A stretch of DNA of 64,000 nucleotides from an uncultured Pelagibacteraceae bacterium. GTDB taxonomy: Bacteria > Pseudomonadota > Alphaproteobacteria > Pelagibacterales > Pelagibacteraceae. The stretch covers positions 1,688 to 65,687 of the forward strand of contig CACPNG010000003.1 of assembly GCA_902635225.1 (NCBI GenBank). The letters run 5' to 3'. The translations under genes and the position numbers were made by a program. The notes below the pieces were generated by a model. The model was not told where the DNA came from, ran no database searches, and saw only the letters and a program-made list of their open reading frames with translations. This document shows, one piece after another, positions 46,455 to 56,064 of the stretch. Numbering within the stretch: position 1 is the first letter of the stretch; each line of letters starts with the position of its first letter.

Positions 46455-47606
46455 GTGTTAAATAATAACTATAATAAAACTTTGACTAATTCTATTAAAA
46501 AAAAATTACAAACAACATTTAAAGGTATAGGATATTTTTTAAGTACAGCTTTTTATGGCAAAATAAGAGGCGTTGCTGAAATAAAGAACAATCAATTAAT
46601 AAAGATACAAGAAAAAACATTAGATCCAAATTATCATTATAAAGTTTATCATATACAAGATTGCAGGCTTTATACTGACACAGTAAATGACGCCGCTTTT
46701 ATAACCAAAGACAAAATAATAGACGGTCCATCTTATCAATATAGGACTGAAAAATCTGAAGGGGTTAAAAATGCTAATATTTTTCAAAATATTGTATTTA
46801 AAAAAGGCACTGCAAGATTAAAAAAAAAGATTAACGGCACGGTGTTTTCACTTTTGACTGGGGGCGCAGGAAATTCAAACTATTGGCATTGGTTATTTGA
46901 TGTTTTACCAAGATTAAAAATATTAAATAATGAATTAAATTATTCAAATATTGATTATTTTTTGTTTCCAGATGTTAATGAAAGATTTCAAAAAGAGACT
47001 TTAGACTTATTAGATATCCCAAGTTCAAAAATAATATCTAGTAAAGTTTTTAGACATATAGAGGCTAATAAAATTATTGCTGTCGATCACCCCTATGTAA
47101 TTAGAAATAATCCAACTTTAGAAATACAGAATATACCAAAGTGGATTTTTAATTTTTTGAGGGATAAATTTCTTAAAAACAATCAAGAGAAAAAATTTCC
47201 TCAAAAATTTTACATAGATAGAAGTGACTCAAAATCAAATCATAGGAACTTAAGAAAAGTTATTAATGAGAACGAAGTTAAAAATTTTTTAATTAAAAAA
47301 GGTTTTTCAATTATTGCTTTAAGCGAACTTAGTTTTTTAGATCAAATAAATTTATTTTATAATGCAAAGCAAATTGTTGGGCTGCATGGTGCGGGCTTTG
47401 CAAATTTAATTTTTTCAAAACCAGGAACGTTTGTTTTAGAATTTAAAACACAGGATGCTGCTCCGGTTATTGGAAATTTAGCAAATAAAATTGGATTAAA
47501 TTTTGAAGAAATGTCAATAAAACCGAAAGAAAATTTAAATAAAGATCAGCAGGGATTAATATATGTTTCTATAAAAGATTTGGAAAACAAGTTAATTAGA
47601 ATATAA
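46455..47606 (+). CDS. Glycosyltransferase family 61 (DUF563)-like protein
   Basis: NYWHWLFDVLPRL, YIDR.D, R.V.NE, QI.LF..A..IVGLHGAG.ANL.F. Confidence 0.8.
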   Translation: MLNNNYNKTLTNSIKKKLQTTFKGIGYFLSTAFYGKIRGVAEIKNNQLIKIQEKTLDPNYHYKVYHIQDCRLYTDTVNDAAFITKDKIIDGPSYQYRTEKSEGVKNANIFQNIVFKKGTARLKKKINGTVFSLLTGGAGNSNYWHWLFDVLPRLKILNNELNYSNIDYFLFPDVNERFQKETLDLLDIPSSKIISSKVFRHIEANKIIAVDHPYVIRNNPTLEIQNIPKWIFNFLRDKFLKNNQEKKFPQKFYIDRSDSKSNHRNLRKVINENEVKNFLIKKGFSIIALSELSFLDQINLFYNAKQIVGLHGAGFANLIFSKPGTFVLEFKTQDAAPVIGNLANKIGLNFEEMSIKPKENLNKDQQGLIYVSIKDLENKLIRI

Positions 47607-47689
47607 ATATTTCCATCTGTTAAGATAGATTTAATGAAAAAAGATTGGAATGAAAAAAAATAAGTTGTATATATCAACCTTAATTAAAT

Positions 47690-47766
47690 GGCGAGGTAGC
47701 TCAGTTGGTTAGAGCACAGGACTCATAAGCCTGGGGTCGGCGGTTCGAATCCGCCCCTCGCTACCA
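47690..47766 (+). tRNA. tRNA-Met (CAT), elongator type
   Basis: GGCGAGG/CCTCGCT acceptor stem, AGCTCAGTTGGTTAGAGC D arm, CTCATAA loop, GGTTCGAATCC T arm, encoded CCA. Confidence 0.93.
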
Positions 47767-47780
47767 TAAATTAACTAATA

Positions 47781-48626
47781 ATGAGTTATAATAAACTTAC
47801 AATTGTAATCAATACATTTAAAAGTGATGAAAAAATTTTTTCATGCATTGAGTCAATAGATCAAAATATAAAAATAATTATAGTAGAAAACTCAGATAAT
47901 TCTGAATTTAAAAATAATCTTGAAAATAAATATAAAAACGTAACGTGTTATTTAACAAATGAGAATTTAGGTTACGCCAAAGGAAACAACTTAGGACTTT
48001 CAAAAGTAAAAACTAATTATGCTTTAATTCTTAATCCAGATACATTTTTAAAAGAAGATGCTATTGAAAACTTTTTTAAAAATGTGAAAAATTCTTTGGA
48101 CTTTGCAATTATTGGACCAGCTATTCAAGAAAAAAAAGATCGATTAAATCAATTTATAAAAGATGAAAATAATTTAATTGAAGTAGATTATGTTAAAGGT
48201 TTTGCTATGTTTTTAAATTTACCGCAATTTGAAAGAATAGGTTTTTTTGACGAAAACTTTTTTATATATTTGGAGGAAATTGATCTTTGCAAAAGATTAA
48301 AAAAAAATGGAAAAAGAATATTCTTGGATAGAAGTATCATTATTGATCATTTGGGCGCAAGTTCTCATAATAAATCAATAGATTTTCAGATGAATTTATC
48401 TAGAAATTGGCATTGGATGTGGTCAACTTTCTATTTTAAGAAAAAATATAAAGGTTATTTAATAGCTTTATTCGAAGTCTTACCAAAACTTTTATCTTCA
48501 GTAGTAAAATTTTTATTTTTTTCATTATTTAATAATAAAGAAAAAAGAAAAATTTATTATCAAAGATTTTCTGGACTTATTAACTCAATTTCTGGCAAGC
48601 AATCATGGTATAGGCCTAAATTTTAG
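47781..48626 (+). CDS. Glycosyltransferase family 2 (WbbL/rhamnosyltransferase-like)
   Basis: IIVENS, NLGYAKGNN.G, LILNPD, GFFDENFF.YLEEIDLC.R. Confidence 0.88.
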   Translation: MSYNKLTIVINTFKSDEKIFSCIESIDQNIKIIIVENSDNSEFKNNLENKYKNVTCYLTNENLGYAKGNNLGLSKVKTNYALILNPDTFLKEDAIENFFKNVKNSLDFAIIGPAIQEKKDRLNQFIKDENNLIEVDYVKGFAMFLNLPQFERIGFFDENFFIYLEEIDLCKRLKKNGKRIFLDRSIIIDHLGASSHNKSIDFQMNLSRNWHWMWSTFYFKKKYKGYLIALFEVLPKLLSSVVKFLFFSLFNNKEKRKIYYQRFSGLINSISGKQSWYRPKF

Positions 48627-49415
48627 ATGTATAAATTTTGTTTAACTCATAAATATCAACCTTATTTAGAAAACATTGACTACAATTTAGTGGGCCAAGG
48701 TAATATAAATTTTCCTAATCATTGGATGAGAGATAATAATGGAGTAAATATTTCTAACAAAAATCAGTATTATGACATGTACACATTCCACTACTGGTTA
48801 TGGAAAAATAAACTTCAATCATTTGAAGATAATCGATGGATAGTTTTTTCTACCTACAGAAGGTTTTGGAAAAATGTTAAATTGTTTGATGAAAATGCAA
48901 AATTAAAAGATAAAATTATTCAATCACCACCAGAGGAATGGGAAAAATATGAGACTATATTAACAGAACCAACTGATTTAAGTGAAATTAAGATTTCGAA
49001 AATTTTCAAAAAAGGCAAGAAACTTATAATGAAAGATCCTTCAATTTTATTTATTAAAAGAAAAAGAAATATTAAATTTCATTTTGACCTGATGCATTTA
49101 GATGGAAATTTGAATAAAGCATTAGATTTGATAGATAAGAAAGACAAACTTGATTTTACTGAATATTTAAATAGCGAGACATCGATAAATCTTTGGAATT
49201 TATTTTGCTGTAAATCACCAAAATTATTAGATAGATGGTATGAAACTGTTTTTGAATGGTTATTTAAATGTGAAAAAATTTTTGGTTTCAAAGACTTAAA
49301 AGATTATGAAACAGGTAGAATGTATGCATATTTAGCTGAAAGATATTTACCTTTTTGGTTCAAAAAGTACTCAAAAACTAGAACCTGGCCAATATACTTT
49401 CATGACACAAATTAA
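48627..49415 (+). CDS. DUF4422 family protein (glycan biosynthesis associated)
   Basis: DN.G.NIS.KN.YY...T.HYW.WKN, YRRFW, R.YAYLAER....WF. Confidence 0.75.
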   Translation: MYKFCLTHKYQPYLENIDYNLVGQGNINFPNHWMRDNNGVNISNKNQYYDMYTFHYWLWKNKLQSFEDNRWIVFSTYRRFWKNVKLFDENAKLKDKIIQSPPEEWEKYETILTEPTDLSEIKISKIFKKGKKLIMKDPSILFIKRKRNIKFHFDLMHLDGNLNKALDLIDKKDKLDFTEYLNSETSINLWNLFCCKSPKLLDRWYETVFEWLFKCEKIFGFKDLKDYETGRMYAYLAERYLPFWFKKYSKTRTWPIYFHDTN

Positions 49416-49479
49416 ATTTATTTAAAGAGTTTAATAGTTTGATTTATCAAAAATTTAATATAGAAGTTTAATTTATCTA

Positions 49480-50490
49480 ATGAACTCAAAAAAAATTTTA
49501 ATAACAGGTGTTGCTGGCTTTCTTGGCTCCCATCTTGCAGAAAAATTAGCAACAATTGGTCATGAAATAATTGGCATAGATAACATGTTAGGAGGGTATG
49601 AAGATAATATCCCTAAAAATATAAAATTTTATAATATTGATTGTTGCGATTTGAAAGAAGTTAAAAAAATAATAAAGGGAGTGCAAATTGTTTATCATTG
49701 TGCAGCAACAGCTCACGAAGGTCTTTCTGTTTTTTCTCCTTATGAAATAACTAAAAATAATTATCTTGCCTCAATTTCAATTTTTACCGCTGCAGTAGAT
49801 GAAAAAGTTCAAAGGATAATTTTCTGTTCATCAATGGCAAGGTATGGCGATCAAAAAACTCCGTTCACAGAAGATATGAAACCTAAACCAGTTGATCCTT
49901 ATGCAATTTCTAAAGTTGCTTCTGAAGATTGCTTAATTAATCTATGTAATTTAAATGGAATTGAATGGGTTATTGCAGTCCCACATAATATTATTGGACC
50001 AAGACAAAAATATGATGACCCATTTAGAAACGTAATATCAATAATGTTGAATAGAATGTTACAAGGAAAAGCTCCCGTGATTTATGGTGATGGTGAACAA
50101 CAAAGATGTTTTTCGTATATTGATGATTGTCTTGACTGTTTGATACCAATGCTAGATCAAAAAAATTTAAATAAACAAATAATTAATATTGGACCTGATG
50201 AGGAATTCGTAACAATAAATAAAGTAGCAGAGATTTGTACCAACTTAACAGGTGTGAATTTAAAACCGATCTATAAAAGGGATAGACCTAGAGAGGTAAG
50301 GCATGCCTTATGCTCTTCTGATAAAGCTAGAAAATTTCTTAATTATAAAACTAAAACTTCTTTGAACGAGGGTATTAATAAAACGTTTGAGTACATCAAA
50401 AAAAGAGGGATAAGACCCTTTAACTATAACATTGAACTGGAAATTAATAATGATTTGACCCCCTCTACTTGGAAAAATAAAGAGATTTAA
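49480..50490 (+). CDS. NAD-dependent epimerase/dehydratase
   Basis: TGVAGFLGSH, SSMARYG, YAISK, YGDG.Q.R.FSYI.D. Confidence 0.9.
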   Translation: MNSKKILITGVAGFLGSHLAEKLATIGHEIIGIDNMLGGYEDNIPKNIKFYNIDCCDLKEVKKIIKGVQIVYHCAATAHEGLSVFSPYEITKNNYLASISIFTAAVDEKVQRIIFCSSMARYGDQKTPFTEDMKPKPVDPYAISKVASEDCLINLCNLNGIEWVIAVPHNIIGPRQKYDDPFRNVISIMLNRMLQGKAPVIYGDGEQQRCFSYIDDCLDCLIPMLDQKNLNKQIINIGPDEEFVTINKVAEICTNLTGVNLKPIYKRDRPREVRHALCSSDKARKFLNYKTKTSLNEGINKTFEYIKKRGIRPFNYNIELEINNDLTPSTWKNKEI

Positions 50491-51014
50491 TGACCAGGAA
50501 ATTCAATTAAACTTTTAATTAGATATCCTTTTTTTTTAAGAAGCTTTTCACCTGGTAAATCAAATAAATTAATTACAAATATAAATCCAGCTACTTTTCC
50601 ACCAGAGATTTCTACAAGTTTTGCAGCAGCTTCTGCAGTACCACCAGTGGCAATCAAATCATCAATTATAAGAATTTTTTCATCTTTTTTAATTGAGTCT
50701 TTGTGGACTTCTATAGTAGCCTTACCGTACTCAAGTTCAAAATCTATCGAATAAGTTTCTGCCGGAAGTTTATTTTTTTTTCTGAGTAAAATAAAAGGCT
50801 TCTCCATCAAGTAAGAAATTGTAGATGCAAATACGAAACCTCTAGACTCTATTGCCGCAACTTTATCAAAGTCAATTTTTTTAGAAATTTCAACTATTTT
50901 GTCGTTCGTGTATTTGAAAGCCTTAGCATCTTTTATTAAGGTTGTAATATCTCTGAATAATATTCCTTTTTTTGGATAATCTTGGATTGACCTTATATAT
51001 TTTTTTAAATCCAT
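50487..51014 (-). CDS. apt: Adenine phosphoribosyltransferase
   Basis: GILFRDITTL, ESRGF, RK..KLP, LEYG, IDDLIATGGT. Confidence 0.96.
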   Translation of the reverse strand: MDLKKYIRSIQDYPKKGILFRDITTLIKDAKAFKYTNDKIVEISKKIDFDKVAAIESRGFVFASTISYLMEKPFILLRKKNKLPAETYSIDFELEYGKATIEVHKDSIKKDEKILIIDDLIATGGTAEAAAKLVEISGGKVAGFIFVINLFDLPGEKLLKKKGYLIKSLIEFPGH

Positions 51015-51054
51015 ATTTTACTTCAAGTTCTAACAAAAAAGCATTAATAATTAA

Positions 51055-51933
51055 ATGATGAAAAAAAGAAAGCTCGGGATAATAGGTGGTAGTGGTTTAT
51101 ATAAGATGGAGGGGTTTGAAAAAGCCAAATGGAAAAAAATCAACACACCTTGGGGAAAACCTTCAGACGAAATTTTATTAGCTAGCTTAGGAAAAGAGGA
51201 AATATGTTTTATTCCTAGACATTCAAGGGGTCACAAAATAAGTCCTTCGAATATAAATTTTAGAGCAAACATAGATGCTATGAAGCAATTAGGGGTAACA
51301 GATATAATATCTGTCTCCGCAGTAGGTTCATTAAAAGAAAATCTAGAGCCAGGAAAATTTGTAATAGTTGACCAATTTATAGATAGAACATTTTCAAGAA
51401 TTAAAACTTTTTTTAACGAAGATATTGTTGCTCACGTATCAATGGCACAGCCGACAAGTAAAGGTTTATCAAAATGTTGTGAAGCTGCACTAAAAAAACT
51501 AAGTATCAAATATCAAGTTGGTGGGACTTATGTGGTTATGGAAGGTCCTCAATTTTCTACTTTAGCTGAGTCAAATCTATACAGATCTTGGAGCGCTGAT
51601 GTTATAGGAATGACCAATATGCCTGAGGCAAAGCTGGCAAGAGAGGCAGAAATTAGATATTGCACTGTTGCAATGGTAACCGATTATGATTGTTGGCATC
51701 CTGATCACGATGAAGTTGACGTTAGCATGGTTGTTCAAACTTTGATGAAAAATGCAGCAAACGCACAAAATATGATTAAAGAAATAATAAAAACATTTAA
51801 AAATTATTCAGTAGAAAAAGATCCTGCAAACGAATGTTTAAATGTTGCCATAATTACAGATCCAAAGTTAAGAACAAAAAAAACAATTAAAAAATTAAAA
51901 AATATTGCTGGAAGAGTTTTAAATAAAAAATAA
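51055..51933 (+). CDS. mtnP: S-methyl-5'-thioadenosine phosphorylase
   Basis: GIIGGSGLY, RHSRGH, SAVGSL, MEGPQFST.AES, GMTNMPEAKLAREAE, VTDYDCWH. Confidence 0.93.
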   Translation: MMKKRKLGIIGGSGLYKMEGFEKAKWKKINTPWGKPSDEILLASLGKEEICFIPRHSRGHKISPSNINFRANIDAMKQLGVTDIISVSAVGSLKENLEPGKFVIVDQFIDRTFSRIKTFFNEDIVAHVSMAQPTSKGLSKCCEAALKKLSIKYQVGGTYVVMEGPQFSTLAESNLYRSWSADVIGMTNMPEAKLAREAEIRYCTVAMVTDYDCWHPDHDEVDVSMVVQTLMKNAANAQNMIKEIIKTFKNYSVEKDPANECLNVAIITDPKLRTKKTIKKLKNIAGRVLNKK

Positions 51934-51938
51934 TCTCA

Positions 51939-52379
51939 ATGCCAACATATACGGTTAAATATTCAAATATTAATCTTTCACAAAAACAAAAAAATTCTAT
52001 TGCAAATGATATAACAAACACTCATAGTAAATTTACCGGTGCTAACACCTTTTTTGCTCAAGTCATATTTCAAAAAAATCAAAAAAATTCCCATTTTATG
52101 GGTGGAAAATTAGTAAAAACTAAAGAAATCTTCTTAAACGGACAGATTAGAGCTGGACGAACATCAAAAGTTAAAAAACAATTAATTTTAGGTTTAAGAA
52201 AAATTTTGATTAAGAACACAAAGTTGCAGAGTGATTTCGTTTGGGTTTACTTAGAAGATTTATTACCAGATCAAATGATTGAATATGGAGAAGTTTTACC
52301 TAAATCAGGACAGGAGAAAAAATGGTTTAATTCTTTATCATCAAGTTTAAGAAAAAGATTAAAAAAAATGGAAAAATAA
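51939..52379 (+). CDS. cis-3-chloroacrylic acid dehalogenase (cis-CaaD)-like tautomerase superfamily protein
   Basis: After Met removal: Pro1, His28, Arg70, Arg73, Tyr103, Glu114; M.EYG..LP..G.E..W. Confidence 0.85.
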   Translation: MPTYTVKYSNINLSQKQKNSIANDITNTHSKFTGANTFFAQVIFQKNQKNSHFMGGKLVKTKEIFLNGQIRAGRTSKVKKQLILGLRKILIKNTKLQSDFVWVYLEDLLPDQMIEYGEVLPKSGQEKKWFNSLSSSLRKRLKKMEK

Positions 52380-52380
52380 A

Positions 52381-53451
52381 ATGAAAATAGAGGGAAAATC
52401 ATACAAAACAATTTGGTTTGAAAACAATTTAGTAAAAATCATTGATCAAACAAAACTTCCTCATCAATTTGTCATTAAAGATTTAAAAACCGTCGAAGAA
52501 GCAATTAATGCTATTAAAACAATGGAGGTGAGAGGCGCTCCATTAATTGGTGCAACTGCTGCATATGGTTTAGTTTTATCTATCATTGAAAAAAATGATT
52601 TATCTTTTCTAAAGAAATCTAGCGAGGAATTAATTGCATCAAGACCCACTGCTATTAATCTTAAGTGGGCAGTAGACAGAATGATGAAAAAGCTCACCGG
52701 AGTTAATGATAAAGATATATTAAAAATAGCTCTAGACGAAGCAATGGCGATTACAGAAGAAGATGAAAAATTTTGTAAAAATATCGGCTTGAATGGTCTC
52801 AAAATTATCGAAGACATCGCTAATAAAAAAAAAGATACAGTAAATATTTTAACACATTGTAATGCAGGATGGTTAGCAACTATTGATTGGGGGACAGCTA
52901 CTTCACCTATATATCACGCACATCAAAAAGGTATTAAAGTACATGTTTGGGTTGATGAAACAAGACCACGAAACCAAGGAGCTAACTTAACCTCTTATGA
53001 ATTAAACGAAGAAGGTATACCAAACACCGTAATCACAGATAATGCTGGCGGTATATTAATGCAAAGAGGAGAAGTAGATATGTGTATCGTTGGAACTGAT
53101 AGAACTTTATCAAACGGTGACGTTTGTAATAAAATAGGAACATATTTAAAAGCTTTATCTGCTAAAGATAACAATATTCCTTTTTATGTAGCCTTGCCAA
53201 GTTCAACTATAGACTGGAGCATCAAAGATCATAAACAAATTCCCATCGAAGAAAGAAATTCAGAAGAGTTATCACATGTTGAAGGAATAGATGAAAATAA
53301 TGAAATTAAAAAAGTGAGAATTTACCCACAAAAAAGCAAGTCATTAAACCTAGCCTTCGATGTGACACCTGCTAAACTAGTAACAGGATTAATAACAGAA
53401 AAAGGCATTTGTGAAGCATCAGAAAAAGGATTGAAAGGATTATTTAAATGA
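52381..53451 (+). CDS. mtnA: S-methyl-5-thioribose-1-phosphate isomerase
   Basis: IDQT.LP, M.VRGAP.IG, SRPTA.NL, THCNAG.LAT, ETRP.NQGA.LT, NKIGTY, FDVTP. Confidence 0.95.
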   Translation: MKIEGKSYKTIWFENNLVKIIDQTKLPHQFVIKDLKTVEEAINAIKTMEVRGAPLIGATAAYGLVLSIIEKNDLSFLKKSSEELIASRPTAINLKWAVDRMMKKLTGVNDKDILKIALDEAMAITEEDEKFCKNIGLNGLKIIEDIANKKKDTVNILTHCNAGWLATIDWGTATSPIYHAHQKGIKVHVWVDETRPRNQGANLTSYELNEEGIPNTVITDNAGGILMQRGEVDMCIVGTDRTLSNGDVCNKIGTYLKALSAKDNNIPFYVALPSSTIDWSIKDHKQIPIEERNSEELSHVEGIDENNEIKKVRIYPQKSKSLNLAFDVTPAKLVTGLITEKGICEASEKGLKGLFK

Positions 53452-54374
53452 AAAAAATATTATTACTATTCATAATCTTTCCTACTTTAGCATTAGCTGG
53501 AAGCGATGATATAAAAAAAAGCGGCTTCTTAAAAAAACCAATAAGTACTAAAGTAGATAAATTGGAAATTATTGAACCTAAAAATAAAATAATCATTATT
53601 TTTAATCATGGTCAGTCTTCTAATGACTCTAAAAAAAAGGATAAATGCACTTGGATAGGTAATGTTAGAAATATGGCATCACTCATTGGGCAAAAAGTAA
53701 ATGGTAAAGAAATAATGGTGTACAATTTTTGTACTAATCATTTAGAAGGCGATCAAATGTTAGAAAAATACCCTTTATGGCACAAAAAATACGTGGGACC
53801 CTATAAAGGAAAACATAAACTAGAAAAAAGGGTTGATGCAAACATCAAACTTATAGAGCAATTAGTTAGTATGGGTGTTCCAAAAAAACAAATAATAGTC
53901 ACCGGTCATTCCTGTGGTGGGCTTATGACACTAATGCTTTTTGCTAAACATCCTAATGCAGCAGGCGGAGGTATTTCTTTCAATCAAGCTTGTTTTGGCA
54001 AAATTTCAAAAAAGTATAAAGCTGCAAAAGTTGGCCCTGAAGCAGCTTTAGAAAGTTTTAAAAAAAAAAAACCAGGACCCTCAGTTGTTAGACAGTCACA
54101 AATTGATGAAATAAAAAGATCTAAAAATTTACCTTTACTTGCATTTACACATCCAAAAGATAGTTACGAAGGATTATTGTCTGACTGGCTTGATGAGATA
54201 CCTGGTTTAGAAAGAATTATTATTTCAGAAGACTATACAATCAACGGTCAAAAATGTTTTAAGGAACATTCCAATGAAAAAGAGCCTGTTAAAGATGGTC
54301 ACAGAATGGATCATGCTACTTGTTTTCAATATTACAATCCAAAAATCTTAGATTATATATCTTCCAGAATTTAA
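53448..54374 (+). CDS. Exported alpha/beta-hydrolase-fold protein
   Basis: Signal peptide; NHG; nucleophile elbow GHSCGG; candidate Asp (HPKD) and His (DGH). Confidence 0.65.
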   Translation: MKKILLLFIIFPTLALAGSDDIKKSGFLKKPISTKVDKLEIIEPKNKIIIIFNHGQSSNDSKKKDKCTWIGNVRNMASLIGQKVNGKEIMVYNFCTNHLEGDQMLEKYPLWHKKYVGPYKGKHKLEKRVDANIKLIEQLVSMGVPKKQIIVTGHSCGGLMTLMLFAKHPNAAGGGISFNQACFGKISKKYKAAKVGPEAALESFKKKKPGPSVVRQSQIDEIKRSKNLPLLAFTHPKDSYEGLLSDWLDEIPGLERIIISEDYTINGQKCFKEHSNEKEPVKDGHRMDHATCFQYYNPKILDYISSRI

Positions 54375-55018
54375 TGAGTAAGCTAAAGTCAGAAGTAATA
54401 AAATATTCTAAAAAATTAAATATAACTAATTTATCTGCTTTAAGGTCAGGAAATATATCTGCAAGAGCAAAAGAAAAAGGAGTGGATGGTTTTTATATCA
54501 CTCCATCGGGTAGAAAGTATTCGTCTTTAAAATCAAAAGACATCGTTTTTGTTTCACTCAAAGGTGTTTACGATAAAAAAAAGGGTAAACCATCTTCAGA
54601 GTGGAGATTTCATCAAGATATTTATGTGAATAAAAAAGAAGCTAAAGCTATAGTTCATGCTCATTCAACTTGTGCTACAGCTGTCTCTACTCATCAAAAA
54701 AGTATTCCAGCTTTTCACTATATGGTTGCAGTAGCAGGTGGGGAAGATATTAAATGCACTAAATATGCAACTTTTGGGACAAAGAATCTTTCGAGAAATA
54801 TTATCAAAGCTTTAAGAAATAGAACTGCATGTTTGATTGCTAATCACGGTCAGGTTGCTTTTGGAGAAAACTTAGAAAAGACTTTTGAGCTTGCTCAAGA
54901 AATCGAAAATATTTGCCATCAATATATAAATGCCATAAGAATTGGAATACCTAAGATTCTTTCAAAAAAAGAAATGAAAATAGTCTTAGGAAAATTTAAA
55001 AATTATAAAAAAGGGTAA
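54374..55018 (+). CDS. Class II aldolase (FucA/Ald2-like)
   Basis: SGNIS.R, ITPSG, PSSEW.FH..IY, VHAHS, AFHYM, ANHG; start at ATG 54374. Confidence 0.88.
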   Translation: MSKLKSEVIKYSKKLNITNLSALRSGNISARAKEKGVDGFYITPSGRKYSSLKSKDIVFVSLKGVYDKKKGKPSSEWRFHQDIYVNKKEAKAIVHAHSTCATAVSTHQKSIPAFHYMVAVAGGEDIKCTKYATFGTKNLSRNIIKALRNRTACLIANHGQVAFGENLEKTFELAQEIENICHQYINAIRIGIPKILSKKEMKIVLGKFKNYKKG

Positions 55019-55023
55019 TTTTT

Positions 55024-56064
55024 ATGATTAAAGTTGGTGAGCACATTACCATTGATTTTCTTGGTGTTAAAAAAGACTATTCACCTGAGTTTTATGAAAA
55101 AGTTATTTACAAAATAGCAAAAGCTGCAAAGGTGGAAATATTAAATGTTTCTTCCCACAAATTTGAACCGCAAGGCTTTACCCTAGTAGCTTTATTATCA
55201 GAAAGCCATTTTAGTTTTCATACGTTTCCCGAAAGAGGTGTTATAAGCTTTGATTTTTTTACATGCGGAAAAGTGAACCCTAAAGTTGCTCTTAAGATTT
55301 TAAGAAAAGAAATTGACCATCAAAGAGTTGTGACAAATGCTTTTGATCGAAGTAGTGTAGGTCTATATGATGATATTTATAGCACCCCAGGTCAAAAGAA
55401 ATTCTATGTGGTCAAGGATGTTTTAGAAAAATTCACTTCTAAAGTTGGTCAATTTGTTGAAATAATGGACTTAGAAGAGTTTGGTCACGCATTGTTTATT
55501 GATCATGAAATTCAAGTAGCTGAAAAAGACGAAAAAATTTATAGTTCTAACTTTTTTAAATCTAGTTACGATTTGAGTAAAAAAAATGACAATGTCGCGA
55601 TAATTGGAGGAGGAGATGGGGGAGTAGCTAGAGCGTGTTTAGAAAATAATTCAAACTATATAGATTGGTTTGAGTTAGACCCTGAGATAGTAGATGTTTG
55701 TTACCGTCATTTGCCAAAAGTTTGTTCTAAAGTTAAGAAAAGCAACAAAATAAAAACTTTCTGGGGAGATGCCTTTAAAAGTATTAAAGAAATAGAAGAT
55801 TCTAAATATGATAAAATTTTTGTTGATTTAAATGATGATCAATACTGCATAGATTTAGCTAAGAAAAATATGAAAGGTTTAAAACGAATTTTAAAAAGGG
55901 GTGGTGTGATAACCGCTCAAGTCGGAAGTCAGGATAAAAAACCGAAACAAATAGATAATTGGTGTAAAGTTTTAGAAAAAAGCTTTGGAAATGTTAAATT
56001 ATCTGGTGCTTATATTCCTAGTTTTGACTGTAAATGGAATTTTGCTTCATCTATAATGAAGTAA
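55024..56064 (+). CDS. S-adenosylmethionine decarboxylase - spermidine synthase fusion (SpeD-SpeE)
   Basis: N-terminal F.PQG.T...LLSESH.SFHTFPE...DFFTCG; C-terminal IIGGGDGG, ELD.EIV, GDA, IFVD, L..GG. Confidence 0.85.
   Translation: MIKVGEHITIDFLGVKKDYSPEFYEKVIYKIAKAAKVEILNVSSHKFEPQGFTLVALLSESHFSFHTFPERGVISFDFFTCGKVNPKVALKILRKEIDHQRVVTNAFDRSSVGLYDDIYSTPGQKKFYVVKDVLEKFTSKVGQFVEIMDLEEFGHALFIDHEIQVAEKDEKIYSSNFFKSSYDLSKKNDNVAIIGGGDGGVARACLENNSNYIDWFELDPEIVDVCYRHLPKVCSKVKKSNKIKTFWGDAFKSIKEIEDSKYDKIFVDLNDDQYCIDLAKKNMKGLKRILKRGGVITAQVGSQDKKPKQIDNWCKVLEKSFGNVKLSGAYIPSFDCKWNFASSIMK

Noticed and set aside
47690-47766. tRNA-Met as attachment site of an integrated element
   Set aside because: No integrase and no duplicated tRNA 3' end found by eye in the window.
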